NCBI RefSeq assembly: GCF_001949145.1
Contig: NW_019091400.1
Location: forward strand, 186,001 to 248,000
DNA from: Acanthaster planci
Lineage: Eukaryota
Length of the DNA stretch: 62,000 bases
Direction: 5' to 3'
Below are positions 1 to 11,102 of the stretch, piece by piece. The notes under the pieces were generated by a model. That model did not search any database. It was not told the origin of the DNA and was given only the letters and a program-made list of their open reading frames with translations. A program made the position numbers and the translations under genes. Each line of letters begins with the position of its first letter. Position 1 is the first letter of the stretch.

Positions 1-3
1 GTT

Positions 4-1796
4 TCATGTCGTCACCACCAACCGAGAAAAGTTCTTGACCCAGCAGTAATGACTCGTTTCGCCTTGGGTAAAATATAGTAAATTGATGGGCTCGTCTGTG
101 CGTTTAGTTTTGTCATTTACCCCTGGGAAGAGGGAAGTGGCCTCTCCTGGCGAGTCCATTGGAGCTATTTTTTTTAAGTCCAAATTCCACGACTACTTAT
201 CATATCCTACCCCTGAACATGCTGAAAAGCCTGGTTTATTCATTTTACAGCCAGGGCTTCCCCTAGCCAGAAAAAATGCAAAAAACCCTGACGGCCTTGA
301 GCCAGCCTCCAGGCAATTCCCATAGGTCTGTGTGCTAATTGGTCCCTTGTGCACAACCTAATGGGCTGTTTACAAAACGGTGCCTGGGGCAGGCAGTGGA
401 ATGTTTTTTATCAGCGACAGCTGTCTGGAACTTGTCAGAGGCCTCTGTCGGCTGTCTTTGAAGTGTTATTTTTGTTGGGGAGGTTGTGGTGGTGGTATGG
501 CTTGGCTGGCGCGTGGCGAGGGGCCCCCTCAAATCCGGATAGCCTGGGAAAACGGCCCCCACGGTACTGTGATGTACTTTTGGTGGGTTTTGGTGGTTTG
601 TAAGATCTGCAGAGGCTATGGGACAACCTCTGAAGCATTAATATACCTTCAGGACGGACTTGGGGCTCTGCAAACCTGAAAAATGCAATGGACTCAACGG
701 AATAGTCCGTCCCCGTAACCGTGTGAGTTGAAATTGGGAACGCGTCCCAGGGGTAAAGTATAAATGCCTTCTTTCTCAGTATAGCCGAATTCGTTGGTGG
801 CTAAGTTATTTTGTGATTCGATTCGTGGAATCTGCGATAAAGGCGTGGGAAAGTCTACGTTTGCAAAATTTAAGCCGTCTGCTGTCGTGTACGTCGAGGT
901 GCGCTCCTGTTGTATTTCATAATCTGGATTGATTTTGAGTTGATTTTTGGCGTTGTCTGAATATAATTTTAAAGCAGCTAGCAACGCCCACCGAATGCAA
1001 TATTGATCTTTATTTTGTACATTAATGATTGCAGTCTTGCCTGCCAAATATTTTGGAAGTGGAATATATAAGTCGCTCCGACTGGGTTATACTTTACCAC
1101 GTTGATGTAAAATGCAACGACTTTAACAAACACCCAGCCCGAGCCCCTCTGTTCGTGAGCTTTGACGTCCTCGAGATGTTTAGCGATTTGCTGGTTTAAC
1201 GATTGTTTAATCTGTTGATGTGAAATGACTTCGTTGTTTTTACTCGTAAATGTGAACACACCTAGTTTAGTCTCGGCAGCGGGCTTTTCCATTTTGAACT
1301 TGACCTTGATGGCAGTTTGCAATTAATGACTAATGCCTTGTCCTGGATAAACTTTTTAATAGAAATAAAAAAGTGAATCAAGTCGTCGGCAAAGAAAATA
1401 GGTGTCAATTCCCAATTTCTATAGTTGCCTTTAAAACGTCTGATTCTTCGAATGTTTACCTCGTCAATCACTTGCGGGTTATGACGTGTGATTTAATCGC
1501 AGTAATTAGGTCCGTTCGCAAAATCTTGCCTTTGGTGCCCGTGGCCGTAAATTCAATGTCGTTGCCTTGTGCTATTTTTAAAAGTTGGCTGTTTTTAAAA
1601 GTTGGTCGTGAGATTTCTAAATTGCCGTTGGCTCGATTGAATCGCTTTTACAAGCTCCGGCTTGGCGTGCCTTTTTTTAGGGGGTGGAGGCAATTGAATA
1701 TATATCGTTTGACAAAGTCGGCTAGAAACGATTTTTTTTCAATAGCCTAAAATCTGATAATATAGGGCGGCGTTGTGGTTTGGTTTCTCTGTTCAT
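4..1796 (-). pseudogene. Frameshifted N-terminal region of Polinton/adintovirus-type protein-primed DNA polymerase B
   Basis: Joining ORFs 1262-1471, 978-1322, 756-1047 and 7-117 gives EQRGSGWVFVKVVAFYINVVKYNPVGATYI / AIINVQNKDQYCIRWALLAAL / LNFANVDFPTPLSQIPRIESQNN / INLLYFTQGETSHYCWVKNFSRL. I recognise this GSGW...INxxNxDxxC...FP...NLL...HYxxxKNxSRL motif series from Polinton group-2 PolB N-termini. Candidate ATG at 1796; several frameshifts; no catalytic PolB motifs in the window. Confidence 0.75.
120..753. mobile_element. 634-bp non-autonomous DNA transposon nested in the PolB pseudogene
   Basis: 9-bp TIRs CCCCTGGGA (120-128) / TCCCAGGGG (745-753). TA on both flanks (118-119, 754-755). 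Inverted subterminal motif GAGTCCATTG (152-161) / CAATGGACTC (686-695). Excision rejoins the PolB frame (GIYTL|NDKTKRTDEPINLL). Confidence 0.85.
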
Positions 1797-1802
1797 GTCT
1801 CT

Positions 1803-1967
1803 ATTTTATATATAGGTTTTTTTGATTATCTCATTTTTATTTGAAGCTTTGAGGAGACCTATTTTTTCCGGGGTAGTGGGAAAGTTCCCGGGGAATTCCC
1901 GAGTTGCTGGGTTTAGAGGTCACGAGGTCTAGTTTCGGGAAGTCCCTTTTTTAATTGGAGAAGTTCC
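1803..1967 (-). promoter_or_regulatory. Putative PolB promoter: TATA box plus cluster of NF-kB-type sites in the Polinton terminal region
   Basis: TATATATAAAATA on the minus strand just upstream of ATG 1796. kB-like sites GGGAAAGTTCCC (1878-1889), GGGAATTCCC (1891-1900), GGGAAGTCCC (1937-1946) and GGAGAAGTTCC (1957-1967). Confidence 0.45.
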
Positions 1968-3358
1968 TTCTGGGCTGGGAAAAGTGGAGAGGAGAGGGCT
2001 TGTCTGTTACCCCCCGTTACCTACTACTTTAAACGTGATTCCTCAAAAAGGTGAGTTAAATACATTCTCGTTCGTTTTCATTTTTAAAGTACTTCCGACT
2101 TAAATTATATCGCAGGACATCAGTTAAAACCAGTGAAATCTGCTTCATTTAATTGGATTTTATGGTAAATTTCTGATGGACATTTAGGTTGTGATGGACC
2201 CAGAGTTGTAATAGGAATATATTTAAAACTGCGAAAACATGAAAACAAATTATCAACGTTTCACACAGAGGCAAAAATATAAAAGAATGACTGTTGTCTA
2301 TTTTAGTATTCTAAAATATCGCATTCGACCTTTTTGACATGCTCCCACGAGCAAAACAATGTTGTCAGGCCAGAAATCTCGGTAACTGTATTTTGCGCTT
2401 TCACGAGGAGAAAAATTTGGTGAGGTGGAACTCTGCTGACCGTGAACAACGGCATCAGTAAGATTTCCAATGACGGCCATTATAAACTTCGACGATTTGA
2501 TTTTCACTTTGATACTATAATGATTGTATTGATTATATATTGTCGTATAGAAATAATTAACCGCTCTCGTCCTAATCAGACCAAGCTGAAAAAAGAGTGT
2601 CCAAGTTTTTTGAAAATTCGAAACACACATACATTCACATAACCTCTGTCACGTATTCTCGGCTTACAGATGAATTTTTGATAAGCCAATCGGATGATGT
2701 GCTGGGTATAACTTGGGCGGATGTGTTCATAAGTCACATACCTTACAGATGCATTTTTAACAGGTCAATGTCTGTATATAAAAAGAAGCTACACAACAGA
2801 TCAGCTCAACTTCACATAAATGTTATTTAGCTCAAATGATAGATTCCTGAGATGGAAAAATTGTGACGTTATTGCTGAGATAGCGCTGTTCACCTCTCAT
2901 ATGTGTCATTGAAGCATACTGAATATATTCATTTATTTCTTTAAACCAGCTTCATCTGGTCTGCCAAAGGTTGAGTACACGCATTGAGACAACCGGACAA
3001 GGTTTACTGATACAGATAAAAACCCTTCTTCATAAACATTGACTGCCATTTTGTATGGGCGGCCTATAAATCTCCAGCAAGTTCAATCTTAAGTGGTTGG
3101 CAACAACATTTGCTTCAAAATGCTCTGTCTTCTCCATCAGTCTTCAAATGGGATGTATCTATTAAAGTGGTTTGATATTGATACTATAGATCTTTTTAAA
3201 CTTTGTAAATTAATTGGTTGATTTGTACTTACAACTATCCATAGTTTTACGAATTACCGTCTTTACAAAACGCTGTGCTTCTGGCGTAAGAAAAGAAGGT
3301 CTGTACAGGTCCGTGTTTCATACATACAAAAGAAAAATACTGCAATCAATTTACTATT

Positions 3359-4083
3359 NNNNNNNNNNNNNNNNNNNNNNNNNNNNNNNNNNNNNNNNNN
3401 NNNNNNNNNNNNNNNNNNNNNNNNNNNNNNNNNNNNNNNNNNNNNNNNNNNNNNNNNNNNNNNNNNNNNNNNNNNNNNNNNNNNNNNNNNNNNNNNNNNN
3501 NNNNNNNNNNNNNNNNNNNNNNNNNNNNNNNNNNNNNNNNNNNNNNNNNNNNNNNNNNNNNNNNNNNNNNNNNNNNNNNNNNNNNNNNNNNNNNNNNNNN
3601 NNNNNNNNNNNNNNNNNNNNNNNNNNNNNNNNNNNNNNNNNNNNNNNNNNNNNNNNNNNNNNNNNNNNNNNNNNNNNNNNNNNNNNNNNNNNNNNNNNNN
3701 NNNNNNNNNNNNNNNNNNNNNNNNNNNNNNNNNNNNNNNNNNNNNNNNNNNNNNNNNNNNNNNNNNNNNNNNNNNNNNNNNNNNNNNNNNNNNNNNNNNN
3801 NNNNNNNNNNNNNNNNNNNNNNNNNNNNNNNNNNNNNNNNNNNNNNNNNNNNNNNNNNNNNNNNNNNNNNNNNNNNNNNNNNNNNNNNNNNNNNNNNNNN
3901 NNNNNNNNNNNNNNNNNNNNNNNNNNNNNNNNNNNNNNNNNNNNNNNNNNNNNNNNNNNNNNNNNNNNNNNNNNNNNNNNNNNNNNNNNNNNNNNNNNNN
4001 NNNNNNNNNNNNNNNNNNNNNNNNNNNNNNNNNNNNNNNNNNNNNNNNNNNNNNNNNNNNNNNNNNNNNNNNNNNNNNNNNNN
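3359..4083. other. Assembly gap (N run)
   Basis: Run of n. Confidence 1.
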
Positions 4084-5818
4084 TAAATGTAATTCTAAAT
4101 GGAAAAAACGGTACAGTACCACACGTAAATCATTAAACTTATGATGGCATCAAAAAATTTATTGCCATATTTGGCAATCTTGCATCACATAAGTATTATT
4201 ACACACACGTGTCTCAGGCTTTTTATAGTGCCCAAAATTGATATTCCTTCCGCATTCGTACTCTCTTTTCGTGCAATTTTCATATGCACGCACCTGAACG
4301 TTTTTGGAAAAATGGCTTTTCTACAAATATCCAAGGCAACAGGGAGAAAAAAGAGGCCGAAAGAGCAATGTACAAGTACAGTCCACAAGTTACTTCCATG
4401 TGGTTTGCCTACATGTTCATAGGATTAAAGTACAAACACCAGACGCGACCTTGCAATGTTACAGTTTTCAAGGATTTTCATTTCTCCCTCCACTACGCAT
4501 GCATTTCACCAGATCGCTGGGACCGTAACTCTCATGTATCATGTACATGTATATCGGTTGTTTCATATCATGGTTTCTTTGGTGCTTGGAAACGTTGTAA
4601 GAAACTGAGCAAGCTCACTGTATATGACTTGTTCACGACGATACTATAGTGTGTCGGGAATTTGGGTCAAGTGAGAAAATTATAGATCTCATGAGCTGGC
4701 AAATCGCTGAGTGCTGTATATGAATAGCTGAAGCTTCTGCTTACATCAAATCTGTGAAATAATTGGCTTTGCAGTATGAAGGGATGGAACTTCGTTGGTG
4801 GTGTTAAGTGAGAGCTTTGAGACGCAGGTGGCAGCAGGCATGCCAATCCCTTTTGCCAGTACATGGGCTCGGGGATGTCGTTCTGAACATGCGTACTTCT
4901 GAGCGACTGCAGAAAAGAACAGGTATTTAAGTTTGAAACAAATAAATGAGAAATTGGCTGAACATTATTACGTGACACGAGGACTGAAGAGGGTCTGTAT
5001 GCTTATGCAAACAAAAAACAAGCATTTCTGAAGCAGACCAGTGCCTGACAATGTATTTTCTTGCCTAAGGTTGTAAGGATTGAGATAGTGATATTGGAAT
5101 TATTGTGTGCGTGTGTGTACCGGGTGCCTCGATTAAGCTCCATATAGGGTTAGTATTGGCCTTGAAAGTGCCACATATATATAATATTTAATATATTATA
5201 TAATATATAATGATTATACTTTTTCTCGGAAAAGTAAATCTAAAGAGCTTTCACAGAGAAGACATAAATGGTACTCTTACATTCTTGCAAATTAAAATCG
5301 TTATCTGGCGTTATCACAGCTCTCTTTCACTTCAATATATTTTAATCCAATGCGGTTTTGAAGTATTTTGCTTGATCAAAAGGAAAGGAAGTTAAGACTG
5401 CTTAGTTAAAAAAGGGGAAAAAGACAGAAAAATAGATAGTTTGTATCCAAAAGGAGGTTTAGATTCCAGTTGAACAGTGGATAATATTATGACAGGAGCT
5501 CGGGTGTTGAAATTGTGTTAGGAATCAAAACAATTTCATCTCGAAGCTGAACACTTTGAATACGACAAAAAACAAGTGTTTACTCGGTATGTATTCCTAC
5601 TGAATATTATTTGCAAACGTTTTTACAATTTTATTTTTTCCATTCTAACGTCTCAGAGATTTGTCGCAAATTCACTTTTTTCTTTACTTCTGATACATGA
5701 AAACGTAAATTGGTCCAATTTTTCCTGTAACTTTGCTCTTTCCTGGGGAAAAAATCATCCAGTTCATAGGGGACTGTGGAGGTTTATTTAAAGTAAGCAA
5801 AACTTTTACTTATCTATT

Positions 5819-6005
5819 GAGGGCGCCATACTTAAAAGTACATCCGTGCATCGATTGAGTCATGAGGGCGCTGTTTCCTTTAAATTGAAAATGTCCACTG
5901 TGGACTCAACAGAGGGCGCTGTTAACAAATTTTATTCTTACGAAAGAGGGCGCTATTCACTCGGTCAATAGAGGGCGCTAAATATAAGCTCAAGAGAGGG
6001 CGCTA
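5819..6005 (+). repeat. Six dispersed copies of GAGGGCGCY motif
   Basis: Copies at ~5819, 5864, 5912, 5946, 5971 and 5996, all in the same orientation. Confidence 0.8.
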
Positions 6006-6175
6006 CCATTTTATTTATTTTTTTCAACTGAGGAAGGTCAAAGCCGTGTCGGAAACGAGCTTCCAGAGCTACGGCTAGGTCTATTGTCTACGCGTCTCCA
6101 CACATTCCCAATGGAGCGAAGACTTGGACGTAGCTCTAGACCACAGATTGGGATGCAGCCCAAGATTAATAATAC

Positions 6176-6344
6176 GAGTGATTCACAGTATAATAGTGCG
6201 CCTCCAAAAATTTGCGACGCGCTGGCCAATCACAATGCGTAAAATCTGTCGACCCTTTCCAGACCCGCACTTGGTCGACAGATTTTGTGATTGGCCATGA
6301 AACGCATTGCAAACTCTTGGAGGCGCACTCTTGTGAATCACCTC
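6176..6344. mobile_element. Fold-back (palindromic) MITE
   Basis: Nested inverted matches: gtgattcaca/tgtgaatcac, agtgcgcctccaa/ttggaggcgcact, tggccaatcacaa/ttgtgattggcca, aaaatctgtcgacc/ggtcgacagatttt. Confidence 0.7.
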
Positions 6345-6639
6345 TAGTTTATCCAATACGTACAATACTCGGTAGTTTGTATACAGCGCGCGGTATGTAT
6401 GAACATCAGACAAAACTTACGCGAGGAGAGACGACCTCTTCTGGAGGTAGGCTCTTATGAGGTGGTGCAAATACTCTTTGCAAATCATGAAATGTGAATT
6501 TCACTACTATCATACTTTACTTTAGTTTTACCTTATTGTTTTCTATTATAAATTAACAGTTTTTTATTCAAATTTAACTTTAAGTCTTTATTTTATGGAT
6601 CAATTTTAGTGAGCATATTTTTGTGTTGAATTTAATGTA

Positions 6640-6720
6640 TAAACAGGGCCCTTTAGGAATAGCAGTTCTTTTCATAACTGATGAGGCTACCCTGTATAAA
6701 TAAAATAGATAATAATAATC
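6640..6720 (+). mobile_element. Probable 3' tail of a CR1/L2-type LINE or SINE
   Basis: ...gaggctaccctgtataaataaaatagataataataat: an AATAAA-containing end followed by an (AAT)n tail. Confidence 0.35.
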
Positions 6721-7776
6721 TTTTTATAGCTTGCATGCAGTTGTTGCTCGAGCACATGTACATTGTCAGAGACGTGCATGACTATTGCCATGCATGGTCC
6801 CTCCGATCCAACTGGAACATCACTCAATTCAGGTCAGATCTGTCTCCTGAATGTACATGTAAATGAATTTTGAACAGATGTGATGTTATAATGTGGCAGC
6901 TGATTCCAGTCCCTGGTTTTTGTACCAGTAGACCTACTTGTAGGGAATGGTTTGTAGCGGGACCTTTAAAATTAGCACTGTTCCTTTAATGTGCTTTATA
7001 TATCCATGAGTTCAAAGGTCACACTTTGCCCTGCTCTTTTGTACCTGCATCACACACGTGAAGTTGTTAGTACATGCTCAGATTCTGTAGATTGTTCGCC
7101 ATTCATATCGGATGATTACAGGCTATGGTCATCACTCTTGTTAAGTACCAGTTTTTATGATTCTGTATCTTGAGCACTGCAATCATTAGACTTCAAAATG
7201 AGGTCGAACTAGGCTTTTCTGTGCTTGAATCACTTTTTAAGGGGCATTGCCAAGGTTTCAGCAAAGAAATCCAGTCATACCACTGTTTGCTTTGGACTAC
7301 TGTGTCAATGTGAGTATTCCACGTACGTCCTACGTACATGTACTTTGTCGTGTTTTGATATGTTGACAGTGTGATTACGAGGGTTGAAATTAACCTTTTC
7401 TTTCCACTGGTCCTGCTGAAAGTTTGGTGGGCCTTCTGTAACGGGAAAAATAGCACTCTATGGGGAACTCGCAAAACACCAAACCTCTAACTAAACCAAG
7501 GATCTTTGAGGGAAAGGTTGCAGGAAACTGAATTAATAAGGACTGGGACACCAATATTTGACTAAAACAAAAGGACACAAAAGAAGGTGTTAATGAAAAA
7601 GTACAAAAAGAACTTTGAAAGGACTAAACCCCAAACCAACACAGTGTGTCAAAATGGACTTAATGAGGAGAGTTAAGTTTGCGATCACTGACTCATAGAT
7701 GCAGACAGAAACCTGACGCAAGCAAAAATAACTTCTTGCAGTCAAGACTAGGGGCATTCACAAAATGAGTGGAAAA

Positions 7777-7874
7777 GGCTTAGATTTCCATTTCGCTTGT
7801 TCCAGTCAGGTCTGGAACATGTTGTTTCGAACGCTGCTTTCAAAATGACTGGGACCAGTGAAACCAAAGTCATA
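7777..7874 (+). mobile_element. ~100-bp palindromic MITE, copy 1 (GGCTTAGA end; PIF/Harbinger-like)
   Basis: Similar to the reverse complement of 8385-8484. Confidence 0.55.
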
Positions 7875-8384
7875 GAGGGGTGCAGTGCTGCAATTCAAGG
7901 AAAATTCTCTGCCAGGCCGAGGTGCATAAAAGGTTCTTTCGAAAAGAGGGGTCTGTTTGGGCCAAGAAACTGTTGGACTGTCTCAGTATGGCCCAGGATC
8001 ATCTCTCTAGATTCAGGGGTACCCATCTAGGGGCAAAGCAGACAAAAATGTGATTGAAACTTTGTCATACATGTAAGAGCCCCAGGAAGGTGAGGGATGT
8101 CATGTGAAAAATGGCTGCTGAGAAGACTTGGGAACATTCACTTTTTTGGGGGGGGTGAGTTTGTTTTGGGCAGATAATTCAAAACTTTATTGGTTAATCT
8201 ACTAAAAATTGAAAATCAAATGAAATATGAGGGACCATACAACATATTGCTTTTTGTTTGAGAGGCTTCAGGGACTTTAGTTGCCTGCCTTGGAGCTCCA
8301 AACTTTGTTGATTTTTCACTATAGATTTCAGTGGAGCTTGAATTGGTTCAGTGCACCCAGAGTGTTTTCGAAGAGAGTGGATTC

Positions 8385-8484
8385 GGCTTAGACTGTAGTT
8401 TCGCTGGTTCCAGCCATTTTGAAACAGCGTTCAAAACCACATGTTCAAGCTCTGACTGGAACCAGTGAAGCTGAAGTCTATGCC
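8385..8484 (-). mobile_element. ~100-bp palindromic MITE, copy 2
   Basis: Imperfect TIR ggcttagactgtagtttcgctggttccag / ctggaaccagtgaagctgaagtctatgcc. Confidence 0.6.
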
Positions 8485-8924
8485 AAAACCCCTTGTTTTG
8501 AAAATGCTCTACATGTAGGTTAGCCCAGTGCGTGGTGCGCATGTGTGGCAAAAACTACAATTTGGATCGTTCTTATGTCGTGCAGCTTCGTACATGCAGC
8601 ACATGAAAATATAACCGGATCCACTACACTACTAATTTGGGTAATATGAACACAGATCTTTTTTTTTTAAGTTTCTTCAGTATTTTATTAAATTTGTCAA
8701 GTATATTTTGTACTGGCCCACCGGATCACCAGTTTTCTTAGATTAGCTGGTCCACCGACTTTTCTGCTTGCCTTGGGCCAGTGGACCACCTTTAATTTTG
8801 ACCCCTGGATTAGACAGTTTATACGAATTTCCAATAGTAGCTTTTCTCTTTGTGAAACGTACGCTGCTTTTGTCAGGTTTGAAGGATACCAGCCATTCCT
8901 CTCTCAGTCTTCAAGCTGCTGCAG

Positions 8925-10260
8925 GTCTGTTTGAAGGATCTCACAGTCTGCTGCTGTCCTGCTGATATAATAGGACAAGACAATCATCCACGAACGGACA
9001 TACATGTACTTGGGATTTAATCCCATCAGGGACATCTTTAATGTACAGGAGAAACAGGAGAGGTCCAAGAACGATGCCCTGAGATACTCCAGACAATACC
9101 TCAACAGGAGTTGAAGATGCGCCTTGAAGAACAACAGTTTGATGCTTCCCAGTGATCAAATATCAAAGGTAAATAAGGGACCTTCAGTGCCGAAATAATT
9201 GAGCTCATGAATGGCATCAACCTGCTTAAGAGACTCACTAGATGAGATGTAGCCATGAGTTGAGTTTCACAAGACCTTTTTACTCTAAACCCATGTTGAC
9301 AATGATTCGAAGCATGGAAACGATCAAGATGTTTCACGACATGGCTGTAAATTATATGCTCAATAACCTTGCAACATATAGAGGTTAAGGAAACGGGCCT
9401 TTAATTAGATGGATCAGTATGACTTCCGTTTTTGAAGATAGGAGCAATATTTGCCATAGATCAATCAGCTGGAGCAAAACCGGTGGGGAGACTTTGACTG
9501 AATATCTTTGTAAGCACAGGGGTGACTTCTGATGCACGTGTCTTCAAAACGAAAGGGTGAATCCCATCTGGACCAGGGGCCTTTTGAGGAACCAAACTGT
9601 TCAGAAGTTTAAAAATGCCATCAGGTTGGATTTGAAGTGGCAGAATTGAAGGGTGTTTTAGTGCCAAAAAGCTTGGGAAAGTGAAGCAGAACCCTCCGTG
9701 GTAAACACTAATCTATACCGATGAGTAAGTGCCTCGGCCTTCTTCACAGAGCTAACAAGATTTTTTCCACTGCACCAAGCAGAGATGCTTGTTGATTCAT
9801 GACGTCTATTCTTTATGAAGGACCAGAATTTCTTTGAATCTGTACAAAGTGATTCAAACATTGTGGAGAGGGAACTGTGTTCCGCTTTCCTTAATTGCCT
9901 GTGAACACATTTCCACAGATGAGGATATCCATCCCAGTTTTATACGATGATTACTTTTGGTTTTTGTCATGTAAAAGGCCCTGTTTTTTTCTCCAGACAA
10001 GTCATTTGAGAGATTGAGACATCCAAGGGAGATTCTTACATGTACGTGTATATGCTAATAGGATATACATGTATGCATCCGTACCTGAAAGAATAGCCAA
10101 TTTCAATCTGTTCCAGTTCTCTTCAACTGACGTCGTTTCTGCATCCTCCAAGAATGAGTCCGCCATGTGTTTTTTTTTATTTTGCCATTTACCTGTGATA
10201 ACCAATCAGACTTGACAATAGGTGGCAAAATTTGGGACCTGACAGTGATACTATATGGTC
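8925..10260 (-). mobile_element. Decayed non-LTR retrotransposon (CR1/RTEX-like LINE), reverse transcriptase region
   Basis: Fragmented ORFs with KKFWSFIK, KAPGPDGIHPFVLK, QHGFRVKRSCETQL, SGVSQGIVLGPLLFLLYI and FVDDCL; many stops and frameshifts. Confidence 0.9.
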
Positions 10261-10984
10261 ATGCATGTTAGGGCCTTCAGCTTAGACCTATTTGCCTAGG
10301 CGTGCTATAGCCTAGGCCTCTCGTCTGCATGGCATGATGACTTTAAAAACATGAAGCAGTAGGGCCTGTGTAGGCCCCCTTCCAGCTTTTTTTCTTGTAC
10401 ATTAACATGTACGTGTGTAAACTTGACAAAGCGACGTTAAACCATGTACATAGCTGAAGTTCTTTAATAGAGACACTGTGTTCAAACAATGAGGTGAAAA
10501 CAATATACATGTAGGTCTACCTCAACACGGTGTGGTTCTTTGTCTGCCGTGCTTCTACCTTGACAAAATGGAACACAAGTCCTATATTATTCAGTGATGT
10601 TGGCCCATATGAAAATACCCAACATGAGCAAACTGCAGGTGTTTTACACAATGATTTGCAAGTTTATGGCGAATCTTCCTGAGTGGACTGGATATTTCCA
10701 TCTAGTTGATTCATACATGTACAAAAAAGCCAAAACTTTCACATGGCATAATGATATATGGCACATACATGTAATGTCTGTCTAGAGGGTTGATTAATCC
10801 TTATAGTTCTGAGGGTAGCGGGGGTTGGTGGAATGAATTGGTATCCTGGATGTTATATACATGTAGTAGAGCCCAGGCCCCTGACACCCCACAATAGCCC
10901 TAAAAAAGTGTCCAAACCCTCAAAGGTACTTGTGTCAGAAGCCCTGCCAAGTGGTTTGCCTGTCAATCATAACAAGATCAAGCA

Positions 10985-11102
10985 GGTCGATTAACCTGAA
11001 GGCCAAAACGGCCAGGAAGTCTGTGATTACCAGCCACCACAGGATCCAACAGGTTAACTCTCCCCAAGACCAAACGGCCTGGGAGTCTGTGCTTGCCAGC
11101 CA
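10985..11102. repeat. Degenerate ~66-bp tandem repeat running into gap
   Basis: gccaaaacggccaggaagtctgtgattaccagcca vs accaaacggcctgggagtctgtgcttgccagcca. Confidence 0.5.

Larger units (their letters stand above)
1..2028 (-). mobile_element. Terminal fragment of a decayed Polinton/Maverick (adintovirus-like endogenous DNA virus); continues beyond window start
   Basis: The minus strand begins 5'-AGTAGTAG at 2028 (plus ctactact 2021-2028), the AG/AGT microsatellite terminus typical of Polintons. A PolB-type N-terminal coding region follows ~230 bp inward. The other TIR and the TSD cannot be seen. Confidence 0.75.

Noticed and set aside
83..679. Several overlapping short ORFs
   Set aside because: They lie inside the nested non-autonomous transposon and have no recognisable domains
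2298..2630. 110-aa minus-strand ORF (MAVIGNLTDAVV...)
   Set aside because: No recognisable motif, and no convincing splice donor or partner exons
3214..4122. Long ORFs spanning N runs (also 10930-12118, 16856-17197, 22167-22661)
   Set aside because: Artefacts of assembly gaps
5819..6005. CRISPR-like repeat-spacer pattern
   Set aside because: Repeat is only ~10 bp, spacing is irregular, the context is eukaryotic and there are no cas genes
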